Positions 1 to 11,607 of a stretch of 64,000 nt of DNA are shown one piece after another. Positions within the stretch are counted from its first letter, which is position 1; each line of letters starts with the position of its first letter. The notes beneath the pieces were generated by a model. That model made no database searches. It was not told where the DNA came from and saw nothing but the letters and a program-made list of their open reading frames with translations. Both the position numbers and the translations under genes were made by a program. Source of the stretch: Scyliorhinus canicula (taxonomy: Eukaryota); contig NC_052172.1 in assembly GCF_902713615.1 (NCBI RefSeq), positions 6,677,337-6,741,336 of the forward strand. Direction: 5' to 3'.

Positions 1-500
1 TGAATTGGAAATTTCAACAGAAAATTGGGCTTTACAAACACATCAGCCATGATTACATCATTAAAAAGTGTTAAGGTGCTGAATAGCCTCCTGATATTTC
101 TGAAGTACAACTTCATGGTGGGGTTAAACCCAACAGAGTTTCATCCGGTTTCTCCACTGTGCACCTAAGGGAGATTAATCAGGCCAGTTTCCAATTTATG
201 AGAATGAGTGAGTTGTGGAGCAACAAGGTAATTTAAGTGTCCACAGACACAAACAATGTGAAACACAGAATGAGGCAAGATGGAATCATGGAACCTAATC
301 GAATTCAGCCTTTACATCAATAGAATGTCATACAAAATGGAGAATGTTCACCTGGATTCCTTACAGAACCGCAGGCATCAGGAAAACTGCTCTGTTGGTG
401 GGAAGCGGACCTCAGGCCGAATATATCGGACCCAGCAGGTGGTCAGAATAATACCAAATGTTAGAGATAAAATTACAGAGGCACAGGGCACAAGACGTTA

Positions 501-1130
501 ACATAAGAACATAAGAACTACGAGCAGGAGTAGGCCAGCTGGCCCCTGGGGCCTGCCCCACAATTCAATAAGATAATTGCTGATCTTTTTGTGGACTCAG
601 CTCCACTTTCCTGCCCGCTCACCGCAACTCTTAATTCCTTGACAAAAATCTATCCACCTTTGCCTCAAAAAACATCCAATGAGGTAGCCTCAACTGCTTC
701 ACTGGACAAGGAATTACACAGATTCACAACCCTTTGAGTCAGGGCAGAACGGTAGCACAAGTGGATAGCACTGCAGCTCCGCTGCGCCAGGGCCCCGGGT
801 TCGATTCCCTGCTGGGTCACTGTCTGTGCGGAGTCTGCACATTTTCCCCGTGTGTGCGTGGGTTTCCTCCGGGTGCTCCGGTTTCCTCCCACAGTCCAAC
901 GACGTGCAGGCTAGGTGCATTGGCCATGATAAATTGCCCTGAGTCTCCAAAAAGGTTAGGAGGGGTTATTGGGTTACGGAGAGAGAGTGGAAGTCAGGGC
1001 TTACATGGGTCGGACTCGATGGGCCGATTGGCCTCCTTTTGCACTGTATGTTCTCTGTCTGTGAACAAGTTCCTCATCAACTCAGTCCAAAATATGCTCT
1101 CCCTTATTTTGAAGCTACGTCGCCGAGTTC
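501..1130 (-). mobile_element. CR1 LINE 3' fragment interrupted by a SINE
   Basis: (aacataag)n tail and CR1 3'UTR; host sequence resumes after the SINE at ~1055. Boundaries approximate. Confidence 0.7.
743..1050 (+). mobile_element. tRNA-derived V-SINE (HE1-like)
   Basis: A/B-box-like head (ggtagcacaagtgg...ggttcgattc), V-domain gggtttcctccgggtgctccggtttcctcccacagtcc, CR1-like tail. Confidence 0.85.
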
Positions 1131-1145
1131 TAATTTCACTCGCAA

Positions 1146-1432
1146 ATAGAGTTTATAGAGAAATACAGCACAGAACAGGCCCTTCGGCCCACGATGTTGC
1201 GCCGAACTTTTGTCCTAGGTTAATCATAGAATTTTGGACAATTTGTCATGGCCAATCCACCCAACCTGCACATCTTTGGACTGTGGGAGGAAACCGGAGT
1301 ACCCGGAGGAAACCCACGCAGTCACGGGGAGGATGTGCAGACTCCACACAGACAGTGACCCAAGTCGAAATCGAACTTGGGACCCTGGAGCTGTGAAGCA
1401 ATTGTGCTATCCACAATGCTACCGTGCTGCCC
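1146..1432 (-). mobile_element. V-SINE joined to the 3' end of the adjacent CR1
   Basis: Reverse-complement SINE head and V-domain, followed by the shared CR1/SINE tail. Confidence 0.8.
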
Positions 1433-4430
1433 TTAAGAAGTTAACCTACACTCCCTTATTCTACCCTAATCCAAGTACCTATCCAATAGCCGCTTGAAGG
1501 TCCATAAATTTTCCGACTCAACTACTACCACAGGCAGTGCATTCCATGCCCCCACTACTCTCTGGGTAAAGAACCTACCTCTGACATCCCCTCTATATCT
1601 TCCACCATTTATCTTAAATTTATGTCCCCTTGTAATGGTGTGTTCCACCCGGGGAAAAAGTCTCTGACTGTCTACTCTATCTATTCCCCTGATCATCTTA
1701 TAAACCTCTATCAAGTCGCCCCTCATCCTTCTCCGTTCTAATGAGAAAAGGCCTAACACCCTCAATCTTTCCTCGTATGACCTACTCTCCATTCCAGGCA
1801 ACATCCTGGTAAATCTCCTTTGCACCTTTTCCAAAGCTTCCACATCCTTCCTAAAATGAGGTGACCAGAACTGCACACAGTACTCCAAATGTGGCCTGAC
1901 CAAGGTTTTGTACAGCTGCATCATCACCTCATGGCTCTTAAATTCAATCCCTCTGCTCATGAACGCTAGCACACCATAGGCCTTCTTCACAGCTCTATCC
2001 ACTTGAGTGGCAACTTTCAAAGAACAATGAACATAGACCCCAAGATCTCTCTGCTCCTCCACATTGCCAAGAACCCTACCATTAACCCTGTATTCCGCAT
2101 TCAGATTTGTCCTTCCAAAATGGACAACCTCACACTTGTCAGGGTTAAACTCCATCTGCCACTTCTCAGCCCAGCTCTGCATTCTATCTATGTCTCTTTG
2201 AAGCCGACAACAGCCCTCCTCACTATCCACAACTCCACCAATCTTCGTATCATCTGCAAATTTACTGACCCACCCTTCAACTCCCTCATCCAAGTCGTTA
2301 ATGAAAATCACAAACAGCAGAGGACCCAGAACTGATCCCTGCGGTACGCCACTGATAACTGGGCTCCAGGCTGAATATTTGCCATCCACCACAACTCTCT
2401 GTCTTCTATCGGTTAGCCAGTTTGTTATCCAACTGGCCAAATTTCCCACTATCCCATGCCTCCTTACTTTCTGCATAAGCCTACCATGGGGAACCTTATC
2501 AAATGCCTTACTAAAATCCATGTACACTACATCCACTGCTTTACCTTCATCCACATGCTTGGTCACCTCCTCAAAGAATTCAATAAGACTTGTAAGGCAA
2601 GACCTACCCCTCACAAATCCGTGCTGACTATCCCTAATCAAGCAATGCCTTTCCAGATGCTCAGAAATCCTATCCCTCAGTACCCTTTCCATTACTTTGC
2701 CTACCACCGAAGTAAGACTAACTGGCCTGTAATTCCCAGGGTTATCCCTATTCCCTTTTTTGAACAGGGGCACGACATTCGCCACTCTCCAATCCTCTGG
2801 TACCACCCCTGTTGACAGCGAGGACGAAAAGATCATTGCCAACGGCTCTGCAATTTCATTTCTTGCTTCCCAGAGAATCCTTGGATATATCCCGTCAGGC
2901 CCGGGGGACTTGTCTATCCTCAAGTTTTTCAAAACGCGCAACACATCTTCCTTCCTGACAAGTATCTCCTCAAGCTTATCAGTCTGCTTCACGCTGTCCT
3001 CTCCAACAATATGGCCCCTCTCATTTGTAAATACTGAAGAAAAATACTTGTTCAAGACCTCTCCTATCTCTTCAGACTCAATACACAATCTCCCGCTACT
3101 GTCCTTAATCGGACCTACTCTCACTCTAGTCATTCTCATATTTCTCACGTATGTGTAAAAGGCCTTGGGGTTTTCCTTGATCCTACCCGCCAAAGATTTT
3201 TCATGCCCTCTCTTAGCTCTCCTAATCCCTTTCTTCAGTTCCCTCCTGGCTATCTTGTATCCCTCCAGCGCCCTGTCTGAACCTTGTTTCTTCAGCCTTA
3301 CATAAGTCTCCTTCTTCCTCTTAACAAGACATTCAACCTCTCTTGTCAACCATGGTTCCCTCACTCGACCATCTCTTCCCTGCCTGACAGGGACATACAT
3401 ATCAAAGACACGCAGTACCTGATCCTTGAACAAGTTCCACATTTCACTTGTGTCCTTCCCTGACAGCCTATGTTCCCAACTTCTGCACTTCAATTCTTGT
3501 CTGACAGCATTGTATTTACCCTTCCCCCAATTATAAACCTTGCCCTGTTGCTCGCACCTATCCCTCTCCATTACTAAAGTGAAAGTCACAGAATTGTGGT
3601 CACTACCTCCAAAATGCTCCCCCACTAACAAATCTATCACCTGCCCTGGTTCATTACCAAGTACTAAATCCAATATGGCCTCCCCTCTGGTCGGACAATC
3701 TACATACTGTGTTAGAAAAGCTTCCTGGACACACTGCACAAACACTACCCCATCCAAACTATTTGATCTAAAGAGTTTCCACTCAATGTTTGGGAAGTTG
3801 AAGTCGCCCATGACTACTACCCTGTGACTTCTGCACCTTTCCAGAATCTGTTTCCCAATCTGTTCCTCCACATCTCTGCTGCTATTGGGGGGCCTATAGA
3901 ACACTCCCAACAAGGTGACTGCTCCTTTCCTATTTCTAACTTCAACCCATATTACCTCAGTAGGCAGATCCCCCTCGAACTGCCTTTCTGCAGCTGTTAT
4001 ACTATCTCTAATTAACAATGCCACCCCCCCCACCTCTTTTACCATCCTCCCTAATCTTGTTGAAACATCTATAACCAGGGACCTCCAACAACCATTTCTG
4101 CCCCTCTTCTATCCAAGTTTCCGTGATGGCCACCACATCGTAGTCCCAAGTACCGATCCATGCATTAAGTTCACCCACCTTATTCCTGATGCTTCTTGCA
4201 TTAAAGTATACACACTTCAACCCATCTCCTTGCCTGCAAGTACTCTCCTTTGTTATTGTTACCTTCCCCACTGCATCACTACGTGCTTTGGCGTCCTGAC
4301 TATCGTCTACCTTAGTTGCTGGACTACAGATCCGGTTCCCATTCCCCTGCCAAATTAGTTTAAACCCTCCCGAAGAGTACTAGAAAACCTCCCCCCCAGG
4401 ATATTGCTGCCCCTCTGGTTCAGATACAAC
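1433..4430 (-). mobile_element. CR1 LINE, 5'-truncated, near-complete ORF2 (APE endonuclease + reverse transcriptase)
   Basis: 859-aa ORF 1466..4045 with GDFNFP, SDHN, QHGF, GVPQGSVLGP, FADD motifs. N-terminus (CVYFNARSIRNK) is in another frame at 4008..4271, with the shift near a C-run. Confidence 0.95.
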
Positions 4431-4944
4431 CTACCTGCTTCTATCTTATCCATCCCCTTCATAATTTTATAGGTTTTCTGTATTCCCTCCTGAAGAAACA
4501 TATTGCAGTGGAGCTGATTGTGTATTTTCAGCATCTGGTGTGCTGAGCATGATTTCAAATTTGCAGATGATAGGAAGATTGGAAGTGTTGGCAGGTAGGA
4601 GAAGGATCGACTTGAACGTCAAAAGGACATAGACATGTTGGTTGATTGGGTAGGCAAGTGGCAGATCGAGGTTAATGCAGAGAGGTGTGAGGTTCATTTT
4701 GGCAGGAGGAATCTAGAGAGACAGATGTGAAGGTTAGGTAGATTGGCGACTCCATATTGCCCCTGAGTGCCCAAAGATTAAGTGTGGCTATGGGGATGGG
4801 GCAGAGGTGTGGGAGAAATAAAGAGAGAAACTCTAAAGGAAGAGCCGGAGCAGAGGGACCTCAGTGTATATGTGCAGAAAGCATTGGCAGTGGTTGGTGA
4901 TGTTGAAACAACAGTTTTCATGCATATATTCATAGATAGTCATA

Positions 4945-7700
4945 GATAGAGTCATAGATGTTTACAGCATGGAAACAGGCTCTTTGGCCCAGCTTGTCCA
5001 TGCTGCCCAGTTTCTATCACTAAGTTAGTCCCACATGCCCGCATTTGGCCCATATCCCTGGATACCCACCCTGCCCATGTAACTGTCTAACTGCTTGTAC
5101 AAGGGAAAAATTGTACCAGCCTCTACCACTGCCTCTGGAAGCCAATCCAGGTTCTCAACACCCTCTGTTTAAAGAGATTTTCCCTCTGGTCTCGTTTGTA
5201 TCTCTCCCCTCTCACCTTAAACCTATGCCCTCTAGTTCCAGACTCCTCAACGTTTGGGAAAATATGTGGACTATCTAACTTATCTATGCTCCTCATTATT
5301 TTCTAGACCTCTTTAAGATTACCCCTAAGCCTCCTACGCTCGAGGGAAAAAAGTCCCAGCCTATCCAACCTCTCCTTATAACTCAGACCATCAAGTCCTG
5401 GTAGCATCCTCGTAAAGCCCTTTTGCACTCTTTCTGGTTTAACAATATATTTCCTGTAATAGGGTGTCTAGAACGGTGACCGGTAAATTCCACTAAGGTA
5501 AATTCCACTATGGTAAATTCCACTCGGAAAATTTCACTATAGGTAGATTTCACTGCGGTATATTCGACTACGGTAAATTCCACTACAGTAAATGGTGGAC
5601 ACACTTCTTAACTAATTAGTCGTTAGTAAATGGTCTATAAAAAACTAAACTACTTGTTACACCCTTCTTAACTAATTAGTAAATGGTCTATAAAAAACTA
5701 ATTTCACTGGTGCTACTACTTTTTTCTATTCAGTTTAACTTTAAACTTTTAAACCCTCAACCATGGCAACATTTATAACATCAGAGAAGAACAAACTTAA
5801 GCTTTGCGACGAAGATAATCATATATTCGAAAAGAATGGAGTTAACAGTAGCAAAACAAAAATATATTGGCGTTGTGAGCGTTTTTACAAAGGTTGCCGG
5901 GCTAGACTACATACAACTTTCAACTCCAGTATACCAGAAGTTATTTTTTCAACGGGCTCCCATAATCACTCAGCAAGCAGTGCACACGTTAATGCCCGAA
6001 AGGCAGTTAATTCAATGAAAAGTGAAGTAATGAGAACGGCATAATATCTTCACGGGTAGTAAAAGCTACTGCTGTACAAAATCTCGATGAGGAAGCACAA
6101 TCATTGTTGCAAACTATTCCTGGACTTTCACGTAACATACGTAACTGGAGGCAGCATGCTTTAGGAATCCCAGCACTTCCAACTTGTCGGTCAGGGTTTC
6201 AAATCCCTGATACAGTTAAGTACTTAGAAAATGGGTCCTTGTTTTTGGTCTTTGACAGTGGACTTGATGACCCAGACAGAATTTTAGTTTTTTCTTCAGA
6301 AAAAGGCTTGGATGATCTCGAAAGCTCTGAAAATTGGGCCTGTGATGGGACTTTTAAGGTGTCTCCTAGTTTGTGGTGTCAGCTTTTCACGCTACATATC
6401 ATCATTGGAGGGTCATGTGTGCCCAGGCTATTTGCCTTACTTCCTGACCAAAAAGAAGCCTCATATCATAGTCTTCTGTCTACTGTGCGGGATTTAAGGG
6501 CAAATTGTCGACCTGCGACCTTTCTCATGGACTTTGAAAAAGCTCTCCATAATTCATTTGTTTCTGTATTTCCGCATTTAGAAGTAGTTGGGTGTGTTTT
6601 TCATCTCGGAGAGTCTATTTGGCGAAAGATATGTGCACTTGGTGAGAGTAGGAGATACAACACGGATGAAAGTTTTAAGCTTAAAATTAAGTGTTTTGCG
6701 CTTTAGCATTTTTACCAATTGAAGACGTTGTCAATGGATTTGAAGATTTGTCTGATGATGAAAGCATCCCTTCTGAGTTTATCACTTATTTTGAGAATTC
6801 GTACATTGGGACTGTAAGGGGACGCGGTCTTCGTCGACGAAGAGAAACCCGTAGTTTCCTATCCAACTCTGGAATGTACGTGACCGCGTTTTAAATGACT
6901 TGCCAAGAGCAAATAATTCGGTAGAAGGGTTCCACAATGCTTTGCGGTCATCGATAACATCCACACATCCAAATTTGTGGAAACTTTGCAATGCCCTTAA
7001 GACTGAAGAAGGCTTAAGCCAGACGAAAATTGCGCACATTCGACGTGGGGACTCGACAACAAAAAAAAAGTCCTATCAAATGATTGATGCACGAATAAAG
7101 AAGCTAGTTGAGAATTATCAATCTGAAAACGCTCTGCAATTTTTAAGAAATATTGCACGCAATTTGTCATAAAAGAATTTCCTTCAAATATATTAAACAT
7201 TTTTCATAACTTTATTTTTATGTACTCGCCATCATTTTTATCTTAATGTGTGAATAAAATGTGAGCTAAAATGTATTCATATTCTTTTACCTATTTTTAT
7301 GTACTCGCCATCATTTTTATCTTAATGTGTGAATACAATGTGAGCTAAAATGTATTCATATTCTTTATCTATCCCAAATTATTTATTATTTATTATTTTT
7401 TTTAAGGTACTGTAGTGGAATTTACCTTAGTGGAATATGCCGTAGTGATTTTTACCTATAGTGAAATTTTCCGAGTGGAATTTACCGTAGTGGAATTTTC
7501 CTTAGTGGAATTTACCTAGAACCATCTAGAACTGGACACAGTATTCCATGTGTGGTCTTACCAATGTCTTCTACAACTTCAACAAGATGTCTCAACTCCT
7601 GTATTCAATATTCTGACCAACACACCTAGCATGCTGAATGCCTTCTTCACCACCCTGTCCACCTGCGACTCGATCTACAAGGAGCTATGAACCTGCACTG
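4945..7700 (-). mobile_element. CR1 3' fragment that hosts the MULE insertion
   Basis: (tagagtca)-type tail at ~4945; host reads agggtgtctagaac|tggacacagtattcc across the transposon. Confidence 0.7.
5475..7523 (+). mobile_element. Mutator-like (MULE) DNA transposon with decayed FLYWCH-MULE transposase
   Basis: 116-bp TIRs (5475-5590, 7408-7523) and 9-bp TSD gtctagaac/atctagaac. ORF pieces: 5763..6044 (YWRC...C...HNH, FLYWCH), 6104..6706 (DGTFK, DFE, GCVFH), 6691..6894, 6900..7172, separated by frameshifts. Confidence 0.92.
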
Positions 7701-8414
7701 CTAGATCTTTTGTTATGTAACTTTCCCCAACTCCCTACCATGAACTGAGTATGTCCTGCCGTCATTTGATCTCCCAAAATACATCACCTCAGTACACCAT
7801 AGTTTCCTAGGTTTTATCAATAGGGGATTGAGTGCAAGAGTAAGATGGCCATGTTGAACTTGGAGAGGAAACTGGATTTGCCTCATCTGAAGACGGCATC
7901 CAGTCTGGGCATAATACTTGAAGTTGGATCTGAAGGCATTGGAGGGAATACAAACGGGATTCCTAAGAATCATTCCTCTGAGGACATATTAGAGAGGTTG
8001 GGACAAATTTTGTTGGGGCACAGTGGGTCGAGAGAAGATTTGATAGAGGTATTCAACATCCTGAGGGTCATGGACAAGGTAAATGGTGAAAATCTGTTCC
8101 CACTCGAGAGAGCATCAAGAGAGGACACCGATTCACAATCATACGTGTAGAATGAAATTCAACCAAGGCTGGTTGGAGTCTGGACGGAGCATTCTGTGGA
8201 GGCAGGTTCAATTGAGGTATTCAAAGGAGAATTGGAGTTATACCTGCAAAGTGTCAAGGAGAAGTGCGATTAAATTGGAGTGGCATGGCAAGGTGGCACA
8301 GTGGTTAGCAATGCTGCCTCACGGCTCCAGGCTGCTGGGTTCATTTCAATTTCAGAGAGAGCAGAGTTCTTGAAATACATTGAAGAGAGCTTTTTATATT
8401 AACATGTTGACGGT

Positions 8415-9180
8415 GGGCTTGAGTACAGAGTTCTGTGCAGTGTTGAATTGAAGTTGCGAAAACATCTGTTCAGATCTGATCCTCTTGCTATTCTCTCTCA
8501 CCTGGCATTTGAAAATGTTTCTCCCCCCCCCACCTTACCCATCCCCCCCTCACCCTTCACTGCTCCACCTCGCCACTCCCCACCCCACCCCCTCATTTGA
8601 TTTCCCAGTGAGAATCCGCTGCCAATTGTCGAGAGTGCGCTCCGGAACACCACCGACGCTGACCAGTGGTGCCCCCTGCTGGAGACGCTGACCGATGCCG
8701 AAATGGAGAAGAAGATTCGCGATCAGGACAGAAATACCAGGCGAATGCGACGGCTTGCCATCACCGGTCCCAGCTGGTAACGCGAGAAACTACGCCATGG
8801 TGCCGGCTCTCGAGTCACGTTGAGGGACTGGGGTTGTTGTCTTTGGGCGGGTGGGGAGGGGGGGGGCAGGGGAAGGGGTGGGCAGGAGGTGGTGGGTGGG
8901 GAAGGGGGGGCTGGTGGGTATACATGGTGGACTACAGCTGGCCGCCAACCGTCTCCACGCCTACCGCTGCCAATTCGCACTTTGGGAACCTGCGTTCCGA
9001 CTTTCTGTATGAATTGTTCGTCTCGTCTTTTACTTCTCCTCGACGGCCGAACCGTCCCTGTTTCTCCTGCTCTGACGGCACAGCGGGCGGGGGGGAGGGT
9101 GGGGGGGGGGGGGGGGGGAGGGGAGCCGCGATTTGTATTTGTTCAATAAAACAGTTGATCCAAACCAAAAAAAAAAAAAA
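8415..9180 (+). pseudogene. SMARCB1: SMARCB1 (SNF5/INI1) 3' retrocopy, semi-processed
   Basis: 8610..8780 translates [56 protein letters not shown], recognised as the SMARCB1 C-terminus. AATAAA 9145-9150, A14 9167-9180, TSD AACATGTTGACGGT at 8401-8414 and 9179-9192. Confidence 0.92.
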
Positions 9181-9486
9181 CATGTTGACGGTTCAAGAAG
9201 GCACGGTGCAGTGCTGCATCTAGCTCCGGGAACGAAAGCAGGACAGGTGTTTAAGGGAACAGTGGGGGGAGCATTTTTCTGAGAGCGACCAAACGCAGTA
9301 CTATTTAAATTCATCATGGAAAAGGAAAAAGATGGTCTGTCAAGAGATGATCTCCACAATAAACCTTATTTGATTCTGTGAGTAGAAGTTATTCCAAGGA
9401 TAAAACACAGAAACAGGCTACAGGGGCTCAGTTGCCTCATTCTATCCTCCATAAAGCTTGTCGCAGACAAGGGGTTCATGGTCACG

Positions 9487-9504
9487 TAGTGCCCTCTGCT
9501 GGCC
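9487..9504 (-). promoter_or_regulatory. CTCF-like motif downstream of V1 RSS
   Basis: tagtgccctctgctggcc = reverse complement GGCCAGCAGAGGGCACTA, a close match to the CTCF core. Motif match only. Confidence 0.55.
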
Positions 9505-10118
9505 CGTTGAAGGAACCTGATTTGTTTCACTCAAAACCACCCAATGGACCCTTGGTCGCTGAATGTATCTAATGGATTGGTCCCAGCAGGGCTCCTGTGA
9601 AATCCCAACATATCCCTCATCCACTTATCCAGAATATCATTTACCTCTAAGATCCACCTACGGTGTTCAATTTAAGACACTCTCTGTGGTGGCGAGTTCC
9701 ACATACCCAGCAGCCTCTGTGCACTAAGCTTTCTCCTGAGTTCCCATTAGGTTTAATCGTGACGATTTTATATTGATGATCTCCTAAATGTGGTGTCCTC
9801 ACAAGTGGAAACAGTTTCTCTCCCTCTATCAATCCCGTTTCATAATGTCAAACACCTCGATCAGCGCAGCCCCCATAACCTTCCCTTTTTTACAGAACCG
9901 AACATATTCGGTTTTTCCTGATAATGAGAACTTCTGAGTTCCATCAATGCCGCTCTCTCTTTTCCAGTTCCCCTTTTACAATGTTTATCTAAATCCAATC
10001 GCTGACATTGATAATCCTGATCTGATTGTCAAAAATATACAGGGTCAGCACGATAATCCACAGCTGCTGAAAGTACCGCCTGGTTTTCTCGCTCACAGCT
10101 GTTTCCTGCTGCCTTTGG

Positions 10119-10157
10119 GGTTTTTGTTGAACTGCTCCATCTCTCTGAGTCACTGTG
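10119..10157 (-). other. 23-bp recombination signal sequence of V1
   Basis: CACAGTG-actcagagagatggagcagttca (23 nt)-ACAAAAACC, consensus heptamer and nonamer. Confidence 0.97.
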
Positions 10158-10453
10158 CAGACTCCAGGCGCAGTAATACACGGCCGAGTGATCCACCCGC
10201 AGGCTGGAGGAGTCCAGGGTGAACTCGGAGCCACTCGGTCTCTTGGCGGTAAACCCGTCCACCGGTTCTTTGGGTAACACGAAACCTTTAGCAGAGGAAT
10301 AAAACATCAACTGCAGCTCCTTCCCCGGGTGTTGTCGGTACCAGAAAATAGTCGGGTCACTGCTGCTCTTGACAACACAATGCAGTTCCACACTGTCCCC
10401 GGGATATTTGGAGACAGCGGCGGGAGTCTGGCGGACAGTCTGCGAGTTCACGT
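10158..10453 (-). CDS. TRBV: TCR beta V segment V1, V exon (open)
   Basis: ttcccag acceptor; QTVRQTP...LHC...IFWYRQHPGKELQLMFYS...SAVYYCAWSL with conserved Cys23, Trp41, Cys104, abutting a 23-RSS. Confidence 0.9.
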
Positions 10454-10591
10454 CTGGGAAAGAGACAGAAGAGGAAGAGGTCAGAGCCGGGGTAATCTGG
10501 GAGGTGCAGAAGGAAAGAAATAATGGAGGGAGGAAGGAAAATATAAAGGATAGTTGTTTCCAAAAAATATTCGTGGAAAGGTCTCACTGAC

Positions 10592-10628
10592 ATTGGAATA
10601 AGATCAGGAGAGTCAGTAACACACACAT
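10592..10628 (-). CDS. TRBV: V1 leader exon
   Basis: ATG...MCVLLTLLILFQ+T, donor GTCAGT, phase 1 matches the V exon (MCVLLTLLILFQYVNS|QTVRQ). Confidence 0.85.
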
Positions 10629-10702
10629 GTTGTCCGGGCAGACTTTCGAAATGAACTACAACAAGAGCGTTGAGTCCTGTTGGGGGCAGAGCGTTTTTTT
10701 TT

Positions 10703-10746
10703 AATGATTGAGGAAACGAGGAAGAGTGAACGGAAGTGATGAAGTG
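10703..10746 (-). promoter_or_regulatory. V promoter motif block (ETS-like GGAA repeats)
   Basis: tgattgaggaaacgaggaagagtgaacggaagtgat, also found upstream of V2 (~15393-15430) and pseudo-V2 (~18801-18840). Confidence 0.5.
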
Positions 10747-11238
10747 TTGGATGACCAGGCCCCTTCCCCTCTCAAAGCCCAGCCCCTCTGAAAGTTCCAC
10801 CCCATGATTGGCTGATTGGGACAGGCGGCTCCGAAAGGGGCAGACACAGGTGAAGCGAGTGGGCAAAGCAATGGCAGATGCAGTTTCATGTGGGGAATTC
10901 TGAGGCTATCCGCGGTTGGCCTGGGGAAGAGAGAGAGGAATACTTTCTAACTGGTGTCTAGTGAGGAAGTTTGGAGCTGCAAAGACATTTAGTTGTCCTG
11001 CTCCGCTAATCATTAAAAAGAGACAGTCATGAACAGGGATCAGACATACGGTTCCGGGGAATTCTAACTTTTCTTTCCTGGGACATGGAATGGGGAATCT
11101 TCGAGAACACTGGAAAGTTTGTCTGGTGAGCCATTCTTTCAGCTCCGGGCAGATCGCTCAGAAAGAATTAATAAAACCTGGAGAGAATTCAAAGCAGATT
11201 CAACAGAATGACACCTGGCATTAAAGTGTGTTCCATCT

Positions 11239-11607
11239 ACAAGATGGGCAGCACGGTAGCAGTGGGCAGCACGGTAGCATTGTGGATAGCACAATCGCTT
11301 CACAGCTCCAGGGTCCCAGGTTCGATTCCGGCTTGGGTCACTGTCTGTGCGGAGTCTGCGCACCCTCCCAGTGTGTGCGTGGGTTTCCTCCGGGTGCTCC
11401 GGTTTCCTCCCACAGTCCAAAGATGTGCAGGTGAGGTGGATTGGCCATGATAAATTGCCCTTAGTGTCCAAAATTGCCCTTGGTGTTGGGTGGGGTTACT
11501 GGGTTATGGGGATGGGGTGGAGGTATTGACCTTGGGTAGGGTGCTCTTTCCAAGAGCCGGTGCAGACTCGATGGGCCGAATGGCCTCCTACTGCACTGTA
11601 AGATCTA
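11239..11607 (+). mobile_element. V-SINE with duplicated head, absent from the paralogous V2 upstream region
   Basis: ggcagcacggtagc occurs twice; aagatg flanks both ends; paralog at ~15905 reads ctacaagttgtactgc with no insertion. Confidence 0.85.

Noticed and set aside
280-501. 73-aa ORF at the window start
   Set aside because: No recognisable domain, splice context or RSS; I saw no D or J segments in 1-10 kb.
743-830. tRNA genes
   Set aside because: The tRNA-like heads are followed by SINE body and tail and do not form a full cloverleaf; the same applies to all SINE copies.
8666-9359. Gly/Pro-rich ORFs on both strands
   Set aside because: Produced by G/C homopolymer tracts in the SMARCB1 retrocopy 3'UTR; the real coding frame is 8610..8780.
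10029-10157. V ORFs reading through the RSS as a transmembrane or secreted tail
   Set aside because: The extension is translated RSS and flank with no hydrophobic segment, similar in all three only through duplication.
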